Assembly: GCA_038108555.1 (NCBI GenBank)
Contig: JAYNIA010000027.1
Location: 1 to 32,884 of the forward strand
Length of the DNA stretch: 32,884 nt
DNA from: Nitrospinota bacterium
GTDB taxonomy: Bacteria > Nitrospinota > Nitrospinia > Nitrospinales > VA-1
Reading direction: 5' to 3'
Below are positions 8,168 to 16,171 of the stretch, one piece after another. The notes under the pieces are model-generated. The model did not search any database and was not told the origin of the DNA. It saw nothing but the letters and a program-made list of their open reading frames with translations. The number at the start of each line of letters is the position of its first letter. Position 1 is the stretch's first letter. Position numbers and translations under genes: made by a program.

Positions 8168-11100
8168 AACCGCACTTGCATTGGCCCGGCAACTGAACAC
8201 AGAAATTATCAGCGCCGATTCCATGCAGGTGTACAAATACTTCGATATCGGTACGGCCAAACCCTCCGCAAAAGCACGGCAAAGCATTCCCCATCACCTG
8301 ATCGACATCCTGGAACCGGATGAGGAATTCAACGCTTTCGACTTTAAAACACAGGCTCTGGAAAAAATTAATGACCTGATGGGTCAGAATAAAGTCCCCA
8401 TTGTAGTGGGAGGAACCGCGCTCTACCTCAAAGTATTAATTCAGGACTACGACTGTGCAGTGGAAATATCTGAAGAAACCAAAAAAAATATCCAGCAGGA
8501 TATTCTCGAACAGGGGGTCGAGCAGGTTTATAAAAAACTGCAGGCGATTGATCCGGTTTTTGCTGAAAAAATATCTGAAACAGATTCCGTCCGAATCGAA
8601 CGGGCGTTGGGGGTTTACCTTGATACAGAAAAACCCTTTTCAGAATTTCACAAGGAAGATTCCGCATCTGAAATACAATTTCCCATTTATACGTTCATCC
8701 TGGACTGGGATCGGTCAGAACTCTATTCAAAAATCGACCAGCGTGTGGATGATATGATTGAGGCGGGACTTGAAAATGAAGTGAAAATCATACTGGATCG
8801 TGGGTATTCAGCCGATTTAAAACCCCTAAAAAGCATCGGCTATGCTCAAATGACCCGCTACCATCAGGGTGAATTGACTTTGGACAGAGCCATCTACGAA
8901 ATAAAAAGGGAAACGCGTCACTACGCTAAGCGGCAATTGACCTGGTTTAGAAAAATGCATGAAGCACAAACCCTTCAAACCGGCCGACAAGACACCCCGG
9001 AAACCCTCTGCCAAAAATTACTTTCGCGCTTGCCCAATATAGCGGCTTGTCTACTTACACTTTTTCTGGCATTGAGTGTCGGCTCAAATTTGGAAGCGAA
9101 GGATACGGCGGAAAAATTTGAAAAAGCAAAAGGTTTTTTCTCTAAAAAGGAATGGGCCAAAGCCAAAAACCAGTTCCTCGCTATCCAAAACACGGCCCCG
9201 GATTTTCAGGAAAGTAAACGTTCGAGGTTTCTGCTCAGCCTCATACATCTTGAAAACAAAAAATACGACAAAGCGGCAGAACTTTTAGACCCTCTTGTTA
9301 AAAAGTACCCGGAGGTAGAAGATTATATTTTATTGAATCTTGCCAAAGCGGAATCCCTCAACAAAAAGCATGAAAAAGCCAAAGAGCATGTTGAAAAGCT
9401 CCTGAAAAAATTCCCGGAAACCCAACTCTATGCCGAGGCAAGAATTATTCTCGCAGACACCCATATTCAAACGGGCACTAACGAAAAAGCGATCGAAGTA
9501 ATCACAGAAACCATTCAAACGATAAAAACCTCTTTTTACCAAAGGCAATTTAAATCCTATCTGCCCGAACTCATTTTTAAACTAGCCACCCGCCAGGAAA
9601 AATCCGGGAATAAAAAAGAAGCATATTTAAATTTCCGGAAGCTCCACTACAAATACCCGAACCATGAATTGACTCCGGATGCAGAGGCTGAAATAAAAAA
9701 ATTGTTAAAAGCTACGGATACAAAGGAAGTCCCTTTAACCCTGAGGGAGCATACCCATAGGATTGAGGAATTGTTTAAGGGGGTGAGGTACAAAGAAATC
9801 ATTTCTGAAATTGGTAAAATCAAAAAAACAAACAATCCCATGCCGGGAAGATTTTATTTTTTCCTGTCGAATGCCCACCGCGGATTGCGCGACCGAAGAA
9901 AAGCAAACGTTGCCCTGCAGGAATTTTCAAAACTTTATCCAGAACACGCCCAAATTCAAAAGGCCAAATTCAATATCGGTCGCAACCTGTGGAATCTTGG
10001 CAAACCCATGGCAGGCGCCAAGTACTTTAAAGAAGTTTCCGAGGACTCTTCATCCGAACGAGCCATCAGGGCCTTATTTTTTCTTGGGAAAATTTACGAA
10101 GAACAAAAGAAATACCCCGAAGCGTTGAAAACCTATCAATCCGCATTAAAAAAATACCCTGAAAATTTTTACGGGCAATGGGCCGGATGGAGATTGGGAT
10201 GGGTGAATTATATTGACGGCAAATTTGACAAAGCTTTTGAACGGTTTCAGGATGTTGCCAAACGATTTCCTGATGGATCTTTTATAGAGTACAACCTGTA
10301 TTGGAGCGCAAAATCCGCTGAGAAAATGGGCAACAAGGAAGATGCCCGGAAAATTTTTACCGAGGTTGCCAGCCTCTATCCCTACACCTTTCATGGAATT
10401 CGCGCCAAGGAAAAGATGTTGTCGGAGGGTGTCAGTTTTCCCGAAAATAATTCGGAAAACTCTTCACCAAATAAGCAAATCAAACTGGATCGTGCATTGA
10501 CTCCACGGGAAAAATTTCATCATATCCGGGCCCTGGAGTTATCCGCCCTTGGCCTGAACAATGAAGCACGAAGTGAGATACATCAACTTGAAAAATCCAT
10601 TCGAAAAACTCTCACCGGGGTGTTGTGGCTTTCAAATCTTTATCACCAGGCCGGGGGTTATCCTGAATCGCTGCGGTTATTGCAATTGTATAAAGACTTT
10701 GCCACCAAGTCAGGAGAACGTACCCTGTCTCCGCGTTTCTGGAAATATTTTTTCCCACTTGCTTACAGTGAGGTGGTTGCAAAAAACGCCAAGTACCGGG
10801 AAGTCGACCCGTATTTCGTGAATGGAATCATCCGCCAGGAAAGCCTTTTCGACAGTCACGCCCTGTCCCCTGCCGGTGCTCGCGGACTGATGCAGATCAT
10901 GCCGGCAACCGGCAAAAGGCTTTATCCCAAAACAAAACTTAAAAAACCTTTTGAAGCGGATGTTCTTTTCGAACCCGACTTAAATATCAGGCTGGGAGTC
11001 AAATACGTGAGTCAGTTGAACAAACGTTTTGGCAAAAACGGAACCCATATTTTAATTTCCTACAATGCCGGTCCCCATATTCTAAAAAAATGGCTGAAAC

Positions 11101-11225
11101 GGTTTGGACATTTAAATGACCTGGATGTATTTATCGAATCCATTCCCTACCCGGAAACCCGGCGCTATGTAAAACATGTTTTGAGAAACCGCGGAATTTA
11201 CAAGGCCCTGTATTCTCCATCTTAA
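8118..11225 (+). CDS. miaA: fusion protein: tRNA dimethylallyltransferase MiaA + hydrophobic signal/TM segment + TPR array + soluble lytic transglycosylase (Slt70-like)
   Basis: GPTTSGKS, ISADSMQVY, DIGTAKP, VGGTALY, TRHYAKRQLTWF (MiaA); IAACLLTLFLALSV; TPRs; IIRQES, GARGLMQIMP, SYNAG, ESIPYPETRRYV (SLT); no in-frame stop; GGAG SD before ATG 8118. Confidence 0.88.
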   Translation: MIPLIVLTGPTTSGKSETALALARQLNTEIISADSMQVYKYFDIGTAKPSAKARQSIPHHLIDILEPDEEFNAFDFKTQALEKINDLMGQNKVPIVVGGTALYLKVLIQDYDCAVEISEETKKNIQQDILEQGVEQVYKKLQAIDPVFAEKISETDSVRIERALGVYLDTEKPFSEFHKEDSASEIQFPIYTFILDWDRSELYSKIDQRVDDMIEAGLENEVKIILDRGYSADLKPLKSIGYAQMTRYHQGELTLDRAIYEIKRETRHYAKRQLTWFRKMHEAQTLQTGRQDTPETLCQKLLSRLPNIAACLLTLFLALSVGSNLEAKDTAEKFEKAKGFFSKKEWAKAKNQFLAIQNTAPDFQESKRSRFLLSLIHLENKKYDKAAELLDPLVKKYPEVEDYILLNLAKAESLNKKHEKAKEHVEKLLKKFPETQLYAEARIILADTHIQTGTNEKAIEVITETIQTIKTSFYQRQFKSYLPELIFKLATRQEKSGNKKEAYLNFRKLHYKYPNHELTPDAEAEIKKLLKATDTKEVPLTLREHTHRIEELFKGVRYKEIISEIGKIKKTNNPMPGRFYFFLSNAHRGLRDRRKANVALQEFSKLYPEHAQIQKAKFNIGRNLWNLGKPMAGAKYFKEVSEDSSSERAIRALFFLGKIYEEQKKYPEALKTYQSALKKYPENFYGQWAGWRLGWVNYIDGKFDKAFERFQDVAKRFPDGSFIEYNLYWSAKSAEKMGNKEDARKIFTEVASLYPYTFHGIRAKEKMLSEGVSFPENNSENSSPNKQIKLDRALTPREKFHHIRALELSALGLNNEARSEIHQLEKSIRKTLTGVLWLSNLYHQAGGYPESLRLLQLYKDFATKSGERTLSPRFWKYFFPLAYSEVVAKNAKYREVDPYFVNGIIRQESLFDSHALSPAGARGLMQIMPATGKRLYPKTKLKKPFEADVLFEPDLNIRLGVKYVSQLNKRFGKNGTHILISYNAGPHILKKWLKRFGHLNDLDVFIESIPYPETRRYVKHVLRNRGIYKALYSPS

Positions 11226-11277
11226 AGACGGCATTATTCATCTTTTAAACTCCCTTCTTTAGTACTAGAATGACCCC

Positions 11278-12234
11278 ATGAAATCCAAAGTCCACATAAA
11301 GAAAATTGAAAACTACGAGCTGGAGCAGGTAGAGGATTTTGTTCGGGATTCCGTGACCGACCTGAGTGAAAACCAACCTCTTTTTTCCAGCGGACAAAAG
11401 GTTCTGCTGAAGCCCAATCTTCTCAGGGGGTTTAGCCCCGACCATTGCGTGACCACTCACCCGGTGGTGGTGGAAGCCATGTGCCGGGTGTTGAAAGATT
11501 TTTCAGTCGGCCAGATCACAATCAGCGACAGCCCGGCTCTCGGAAGTTTGGAAGCCGTTGCCAGAAAAGCGGGTTATGATCCCTTAAAGAAAAAATATGG
11601 TGTAGAAATTGTTCCCCTGACCGATCCGGTTCCATTTGAAAATGAAGAGGGCGTTCCGCATTTAAAAATTGCAGGTTGCCTGAAAGAGTTTGACCGTATC
11701 GTAAATCTACCCAAGGTAAAATCTCATTGCCAAATGAAGATGACCCTTGCCATCAAAAATTTGTTTGGTCTGGTAATAGGCAAACGAAAGCCGGTTCTCC
11801 ACTGCCTGGTCAAAAACGATAAAATAAAATTCGGAAAAATGTTGATCGACATCGCTCGTCACGTGAACCCCTGCTTTAACCTGGCAGATGGAATTGAAGC
11901 CATGCAGGGCCAGGGGCCGATCAATGGCAGTCCTTACCCTCTTGGAGTGCTTCTGGCATCCACCGATATGACGGCACTCGACCGTATTGCAGCAGAGATC
12001 CTCATGTTTACCAGGGTCTATGCGCTGGAAGCCGCACGATTAAAAGAATATGGAAATTATGAGCTTGAAAATATAGAGGTTTCCGGGGTGGATGATCTTT
12101 CCGACCTGATGGTTTCAGATTTTCAACCCGCCCGGGCCATGGATATCTCGTTCAATCCTTACCGGGTGGTAAAATCATTCCTCAAACAATTTTATGAAAT
12201 CGCTATCAAGGAAAAACGTGATGCTTACAACTAG
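11278..12234 (+). CDS. DUF362-domain protein
   Basis: KVLLKPNL, VTTHPVVV, DSPA, NLPKVKSH, TLAIKNLFG, DGIEAMQGQGP, ALDR. Confidence 0.88.
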   Translation: MKSKVHIKKIENYELEQVEDFVRDSVTDLSENQPLFSSGQKVLLKPNLLRGFSPDHCVTTHPVVVEAMCRVLKDFSVGQITISDSPALGSLEAVARKAGYDPLKKKYGVEIVPLTDPVPFENEEGVPHLKIAGCLKEFDRIVNLPKVKSHCQMKMTLAIKNLFGLVIGKRKPVLHCLVKNDKIKFGKMLIDIARHVNPCFNLADGIEAMQGQGPINGSPYPLGVLLASTDMTALDRIAAEILMFTRVYALEAARLKEYGNYELENIEVSGVDDLSDLMVSDFQPARAMDISFNPYRVVKSFLKQFYEIAIKEKRDAYN

Positions 12235-12247
12235 AGGATCAGATTCC

Positions 12248-12568
12248 TCATGCATTCGATGGCTTGTCGAAATTCACCGAACAACAACCCAGATCAAGCC
12301 CGGTTTCTTTCTTGGTTAAAAAATATTTTTCCGGGTGAATGAAATTTATGATTTTATTTCCTTCCCTGCGGGTTCCTACCAGTCCAGACGAACGTAAAAT
12401 AGATAGATGGTGGGAAGCTTGAGGTTGCCCCATCCTCAAACTGTTTACTATGCCGGATACGCTTTTTTCACCCTTTAGCAGTAACTGGACCATCTTCAAT
12501 CGTGTCTCATCACCCAGGGCTTTTAAAATCCGTGCACACTCTCCAGAATCTGTAGTTGCGTTACTCAT
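12248..12568 (-). CDS. ArsR/SmtB-family transcriptional regulator
   Basis: LKALGDETRL...QPQASHHLSILRSSGLV...REG wHTH; C-terminal LGCC; start placed at ATG 12568 to avoid overlap with the sigma gene. Confidence 0.88.
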   Translation of the reverse strand: MSNATTDSGECARILKALGDETRLKMVQLLLKGEKSVSGIVNSLRMGQPQASHHLSILRSSGLVGTRREGNKIINFIHPEKYFLTKKETGLDLGCCSVNFDKPSNA

Positions 12569-12634
12569 AAATTTCAGTATATTGACACAATTAAGAACCT
12601 TCAAGCTAAAACCTGAATTTAGCTCCGTTGAAGT

Positions 12635-13195
12635 ATGAACCAAGAATCACTTGAACCAGAAAAATGGGTTGAGAATTACGCGGACATGCTCTATCGCTAC
12701 TGCCTAATCCGTGTTAAGGACCCGGATATTGCCGAGGAACTGGTTCAGTCTACCTTTTTTGCGGCCTTGAAATCGCAACATACTTTTGCGGGAAAATCGA
12801 CTGAGAAAACCTGGCTGTTTGGAATATTGAAACATAAGACCATGGATTATTTCCGAGGGGCGAGAAAAAATATTAACCTGGATATTTCCGATTCCGATAC
12901 AGACAGCATCAACTTTGATTCAACAGGACATATGGTCCCCACCCCCAGCAACTGGAATTTAAACCCGGAAAATGCCGCAGAAAATAACGAGCTGGCCCAG
13001 GTATTGAAGGATTGCCTGAACGGTTTATCTGAAAAATTTCACCGTTTGTTTGTGTTAAAAGAAATTGAAGGTTTGAGCTCCGAGGAGATATGTAAAGAAT
13101 TTAATGTTAAACCGACCAATTTATGGGTAATGCTACATCGAGCGAGAAACCAGCTCAAACTATGCATTGAATCAAACTGGTTTAGCAAAGAATGA
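12635..13195 (+). CDS. ECF RNA polymerase sigma factor (redox/Msr-associated type)
   Basis: AEELVQSTF, KTWLFGILKHK (region 2); LKEIEGLSSEEIC...NLWVMLHRARNQL (region 4). Confidence 0.92.
   Translation: MNQESLEPEKWVENYADMLYRYCLIRVKDPDIAEELVQSTFFAALKSQHTFAGKSTEKTWLFGILKHKTMDYFRGARKNINLDISDSDTDSINFDSTGHMVPTPSNWNLNPENAAENNELAQVLKDCLNGLSEKFHRLFVLKEIEGLSSEEICKEFNVKPTNLWVMLHRARNQLKLCIESNWFSKE
13091..13119 (+). promoter_or_regulatory. candidate ECF-dependent promoter inside the sigma gene, upstream of anti-sigma and msrB
   Basis: TGTAAA-N16-CGACCAA, same layout as 14885-14913. Confidence 0.35.
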
Positions 13196-13211
13196 ACCCT
13201 ATAGGTTAATT

Positions 13212-13487
13212 ATGAAATTCCTGATGTCCCTTTTCAAAATGACCTGCGAGGATGTCTATCCTTTAATCTCGGAGGAAATGGACCGTCCTTTGTCGTTTGG
13301 GGCCCGAATGCGGCTCAAAATGCATTTGGCAATATGCCACCTATGCGAGGCCTACCGGAAACAACTTGAAACATTACGAAGGTTGGCTCAAAGTCTGGGG
13401 GAAGAGGACTCGAAAGTGAATGAAGAAGCAGTTCTTAATCCTGATATAAAAGAAAAAATTCAGAAAGCCATTAAAGAAAAAGTTTAA
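13212..13487 (+). CDS. zinc-finger (zf-HC2) anti-sigma factor
   Basis: TCEDVYPLISEEMD...HLAICHLC (C...HxxxCxxC); immediately downstream of the ECF gene; soluble, no TM. Confidence 0.88.
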   Translation: MKFLMSLFKMTCEDVYPLISEEMDRPLSFGARMRLKMHLAICHLCEAYRKQLETLRRLAQSLGEEDSKVNEEAVLNPDIKEKIQKAIKEKV

Positions 13488-13503
13488 AGAGAAGGGGTCA
13501 TTT

Positions 13504-13908
13504 GTGTCGGATAAAATAGAAAAATCGGAAAGCGAGTGGCGAGAAGAACTGACGGAAGAACAATTCCAGATTTGCCGAAAAAAGGGAACCGAAAGGGCTT
13601 TTTCAGGAAAATACTGGGACTGCCATGAACGCGGCACCTACCACTGCGTGTGTTGTGAAGAACCCCTGTTTTCATCCATGACAAAATTCGATTCAGGCAC
13701 TGGCTGGCCCAGCTTTTACGAAGCCGCCAACCCGAATTCCATTGCCACCAAGGAAGACTCTTCTTTTTTCATGCGGAGAGTCGAGGTTTTATGCAGCAAA
13801 TGTGATGCGCATCTGGGGCATGTGTTTGAAGATGGGCCCGAACCCACGGGCCTCCGCTATTGCATCAACTCCGCATCTCTTGAATTAAAAAAGTCTGAAA
13901 CACCTTAA
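13504..13908 (+). CDS. msrB: peptide-methionine (R)-S-oxide reductase
   Basis: GTERAF, KFDSGTGWPSF, HLGHVFEDGP, RYCINS; two CxxC zinc motifs; GTG start. Confidence 0.96.
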   Translation: MSDKIEKSESEWREELTEEQFQICRKKGTERAFSGKYWDCHERGTYHCVCCEEPLFSSMTKFDSGTGWPSFYEAANPNSIATKEDSSFFMRRVEVLCSKCDAHLGHVFEDGPEPTGLRYCINSASLELKKSETP

Positions 13909-13916
13909 AATAAAAC

Positions 13917-14858
13917 TTATTTTCTGGCGGAATTCGTCTTAAATACTTTTGTTTTCGGGTGGAAAACATACCAGGCAAACCAGTATCCAACCACGGAAGG
14001 CAATTCCTTATTCTTACCATCCTTTATAACAGCCGTTTTTGATTTGCCTTCATAATAGATTTTGACAGGAACCCCGTTAATAATATCCTTAACCGGAGAA
14101 CCGGATTTCCCTAACTCAGAAAACGGATAGGCCTTGGCCCGGCCTCCAATTTCGATTCCAATTACTATTTCCTTAGGATGAAATCTTGCATTTCGCCGGT
14201 CGACATCAAACATTAATCCCGAACTAAATTCATAACCCTGATAAGGATTGCGATCATAAGGCCGTCGATATCCCGTTTTGTCCGACAATACTTTTGTGTT
14301 CGGATGCTTTCTTTTCCAGGTAGCCCAATTGGTATGGGTAGAAGCAAGTAGTTTTAAACGGGTTCCGGTTAAAGGACCGGTCACGGCTTCCGATTTTATT
14401 TGGGACCATAAGCTTTCGGTTTCATGATCATAAAGCAGCATATCACTTTGATAAAGCAAACCGGATACCCCAAATTTGAGATTCCGCTTTTTCACGTGCG
14501 CATCAAATACCATACCAGTTCCACACAATGGACAAAAACTGACAACAATGGCTTTGTCCCCTACCCGGTCATTTACAATTTCATGCCAGTTTAAAATTTT
14601 TATAGGGTAGGCCCGGGCCTGCCCTTTATGGACAAAACCAAGAACACGATCTGCATTTTTCATCAGGGAGCCATCAGCTTCTTCAACTGAAAGAAAACGC
14701 GGATGATTTATGGAGGGAATGCCGTCCTTTCCGGGACCGCCATCTGAGATATCATCCAAAGGAATACTATGTCTGGAAAAATCGAATCCTGAGCCAATAA
14801 AAAAAACCAGACCCAACAAAAAAACCAGGCGGACCTTCTCTGTAAAAATTTTAGCCAT
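13917..14858 (-). CDS. DUF3179-domain exported protein with CxxC
   Basis: GGPGKDGIPSI, RAYP..IL.WHEIVND, SFCPLCGTG, FGVSGLLY, ETESLWSQ, YWFAW; N-terminal hydrophobic signal. Confidence 0.88.
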   Translation of the reverse strand: MAKIFTEKVRLVFLLGLVFFIGSGFDFSRHSIPLDDISDGGPGKDGIPSINHPRFLSVEEADGSLMKNADRVLGFVHKGQARAYPIKILNWHEIVNDRVGDKAIVVSFCPLCGTGMVFDAHVKKRNLKFGVSGLLYQSDMLLYDHETESLWSQIKSEAVTGPLTGTRLKLLASTHTNWATWKRKHPNTKVLSDKTGYRRPYDRNPYQGYEFSSGLMFDVDRRNARFHPKEIVIGIEIGGRAKAYPFSELGKSGSPVKDIINGVPVKIYYEGKSKTAVIKDGKNKELPSVVGYWFAWYVFHPKTKVFKTNSARK

Positions 14859-14884
14859 ACATCGACTCCACTATCCCTGGTGAG

Positions 14885-14913
14885 TTAGTCGGCGTATACC
14901 TTTCAGCCTTACA
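14885..14913 (-). promoter_or_regulatory. candidate ECF-dependent promoter of the DUF3179 gene
   Basis: Minus strand TGTAAG-N16-CGACTAA in the intergenic gap, about 27 nt before the start codon. Confidence 0.5.
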
Positions 14914-14923
14914 AAGGTAGGGA

Positions 14924-16159
14924 TCAGCAATGCAATCGGGAGGTCAATTGCTGGAGAGCGTCGGAAAAAATAGCATGCAACTCGCTTCGGATTTTTTTAG
15001 AGTCGTACTCCACCATCGACCCGCCACTTTTTAGGAAATCAATTTGTTCCTGAATTTTCAAGCAACTGTTTTCAGGGTCGCCCTTTTTTTCCCACAGCAT
15101 TAAATCACAAAACTTGATTCCCGCTTTTACAGAGCTGATCAACTGGGGATTAATTGCAAACCCCCTCTTTTTCAAGTGTTCGCTTATTTCAAGGACTTTA
15201 TTAAACTCAACTCCAGCCTCGTCATAATTTTTATCGAGTACATATTGCAGAGCTTTCATCATGGCGAGTTCTTTATTTCCCTTGAAATGCGGATGGGGAG
15301 GCGGACCTTTAAAATAACGATTTTCCAATTCAATCAATAATGCCCATGCGTTCTGGCGGGTTTTTGCAGCGGACAAAGGATGCTCTGACGGAAGGTTTTT
15401 GTTTTTGGGATTGATCTGCTCGGAAATGTAAAACCATGCAAGGGTTTTCATGGCCAGAGGCACAGAGGCGCCTTTCTTTAGGATCGCATGATCAATATGA
15501 TTCAGGCCCACCTGCCTCAAGTCTCTGCCGCCCTGCATAATAAAATTACCAAATCCTCCCAACCGACTGTTTCCATAGCGATACATTCCCAGACCGAAGT
15601 ACCCATCCACCAAATTGGGATTAAGAGCCAAAGCTTCTTCAAGGTGATTATCTGCCTGGAAACCATTGACCAAAGCCTGAAAGAGATTGCCCTGACCGTA
15701 TTCAAAAATTCCTATATAACCCTCTGCAGCCCCCAGGAAAAGTGAGGCTTCGGCTTCCTGTTCTTGTGTTTTAGATTCATCATTTAAAATTTCATTGGCC
15801 AGATCTTTCACGCGATTGCTGTGGAACAAGAATTCTTTAGAAACTTTTTTAATTCGATATTTACTGGTAAAAGCCAGCGTATGCGTCAACTCCCCCAACA
15901 TTCCGGCATAGTTGAAATAATATTTCATCAACTCGACCCTGTTTTTCAGGGAGGGTGTGGCAGACTCCAACCGGTTGATCTCGCCCTGAAATCGCCCAAA
16001 CCATTCATCAAAATGGTAATACATGGAATCCTCGAGAGCCAGGGGTGCCATTTCGTCCGCCGTCAGCTTGTCCAACTCAGCGAATGAAGGCCGACCCAAC
16101 ACATCGGCACTAACCAAAAGAGCAAGAAAAACACATAGAGTGGTGAATTTTGATTTCAT
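14924..16159 (-). CDS. exported alpha-helical/TPR-like hypothetical protein
   Basis: 411-aa ORF with signal peptide; TPR-like segment LEEALALNPNLVDGYFGLGMY. Confidence 0.7.
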   Translation of the reverse strand: MKSKFTTLCVFLALLVSADVLGRPSFAELDKLTADEMAPLALEDSMYYHFDEWFGRFQGEINRLESATPSLKNRVELMKYYFNYAGMLGELTHTLAFTSKYRIKKVSKEFLFHSNRVKDLANEILNDESKTQEQEAEASLFLGAAEGYIGIFEYGQGNLFQALVNGFQADNHLEEALALNPNLVDGYFGLGMYRYGNSRLGGFGNFIMQGGRDLRQVGLNHIDHAILKKGASVPLAMKTLAWFYISEQINPKNKNLPSEHPLSAAKTRQNAWALLIELENRYFKGPPPHPHFKGNKELAMMKALQYVLDKNYDEAGVEFNKVLEISEHLKKRGFAINPQLISSVKAGIKFCDLMLWEKKGDPENSCLKIQEQIDFLKSGGSMVEYDSKKIRSELHAIFSDALQQLTSRLHC

Positions 16160-16171
16160 AAAAATATAGTT

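Noticed and set aside
12569..12643. Extended ArsR start at 12643
   Set aside because: It overlaps the divergent ECF start and leaves no promoter space; ATG 12568 gives a typical ArsR length
13504..14858. Selenocysteine recoding in msrB or DUF3179
   Set aside because: Both ORFs are uninterrupted and have ordinary Cys codons at the redox positions
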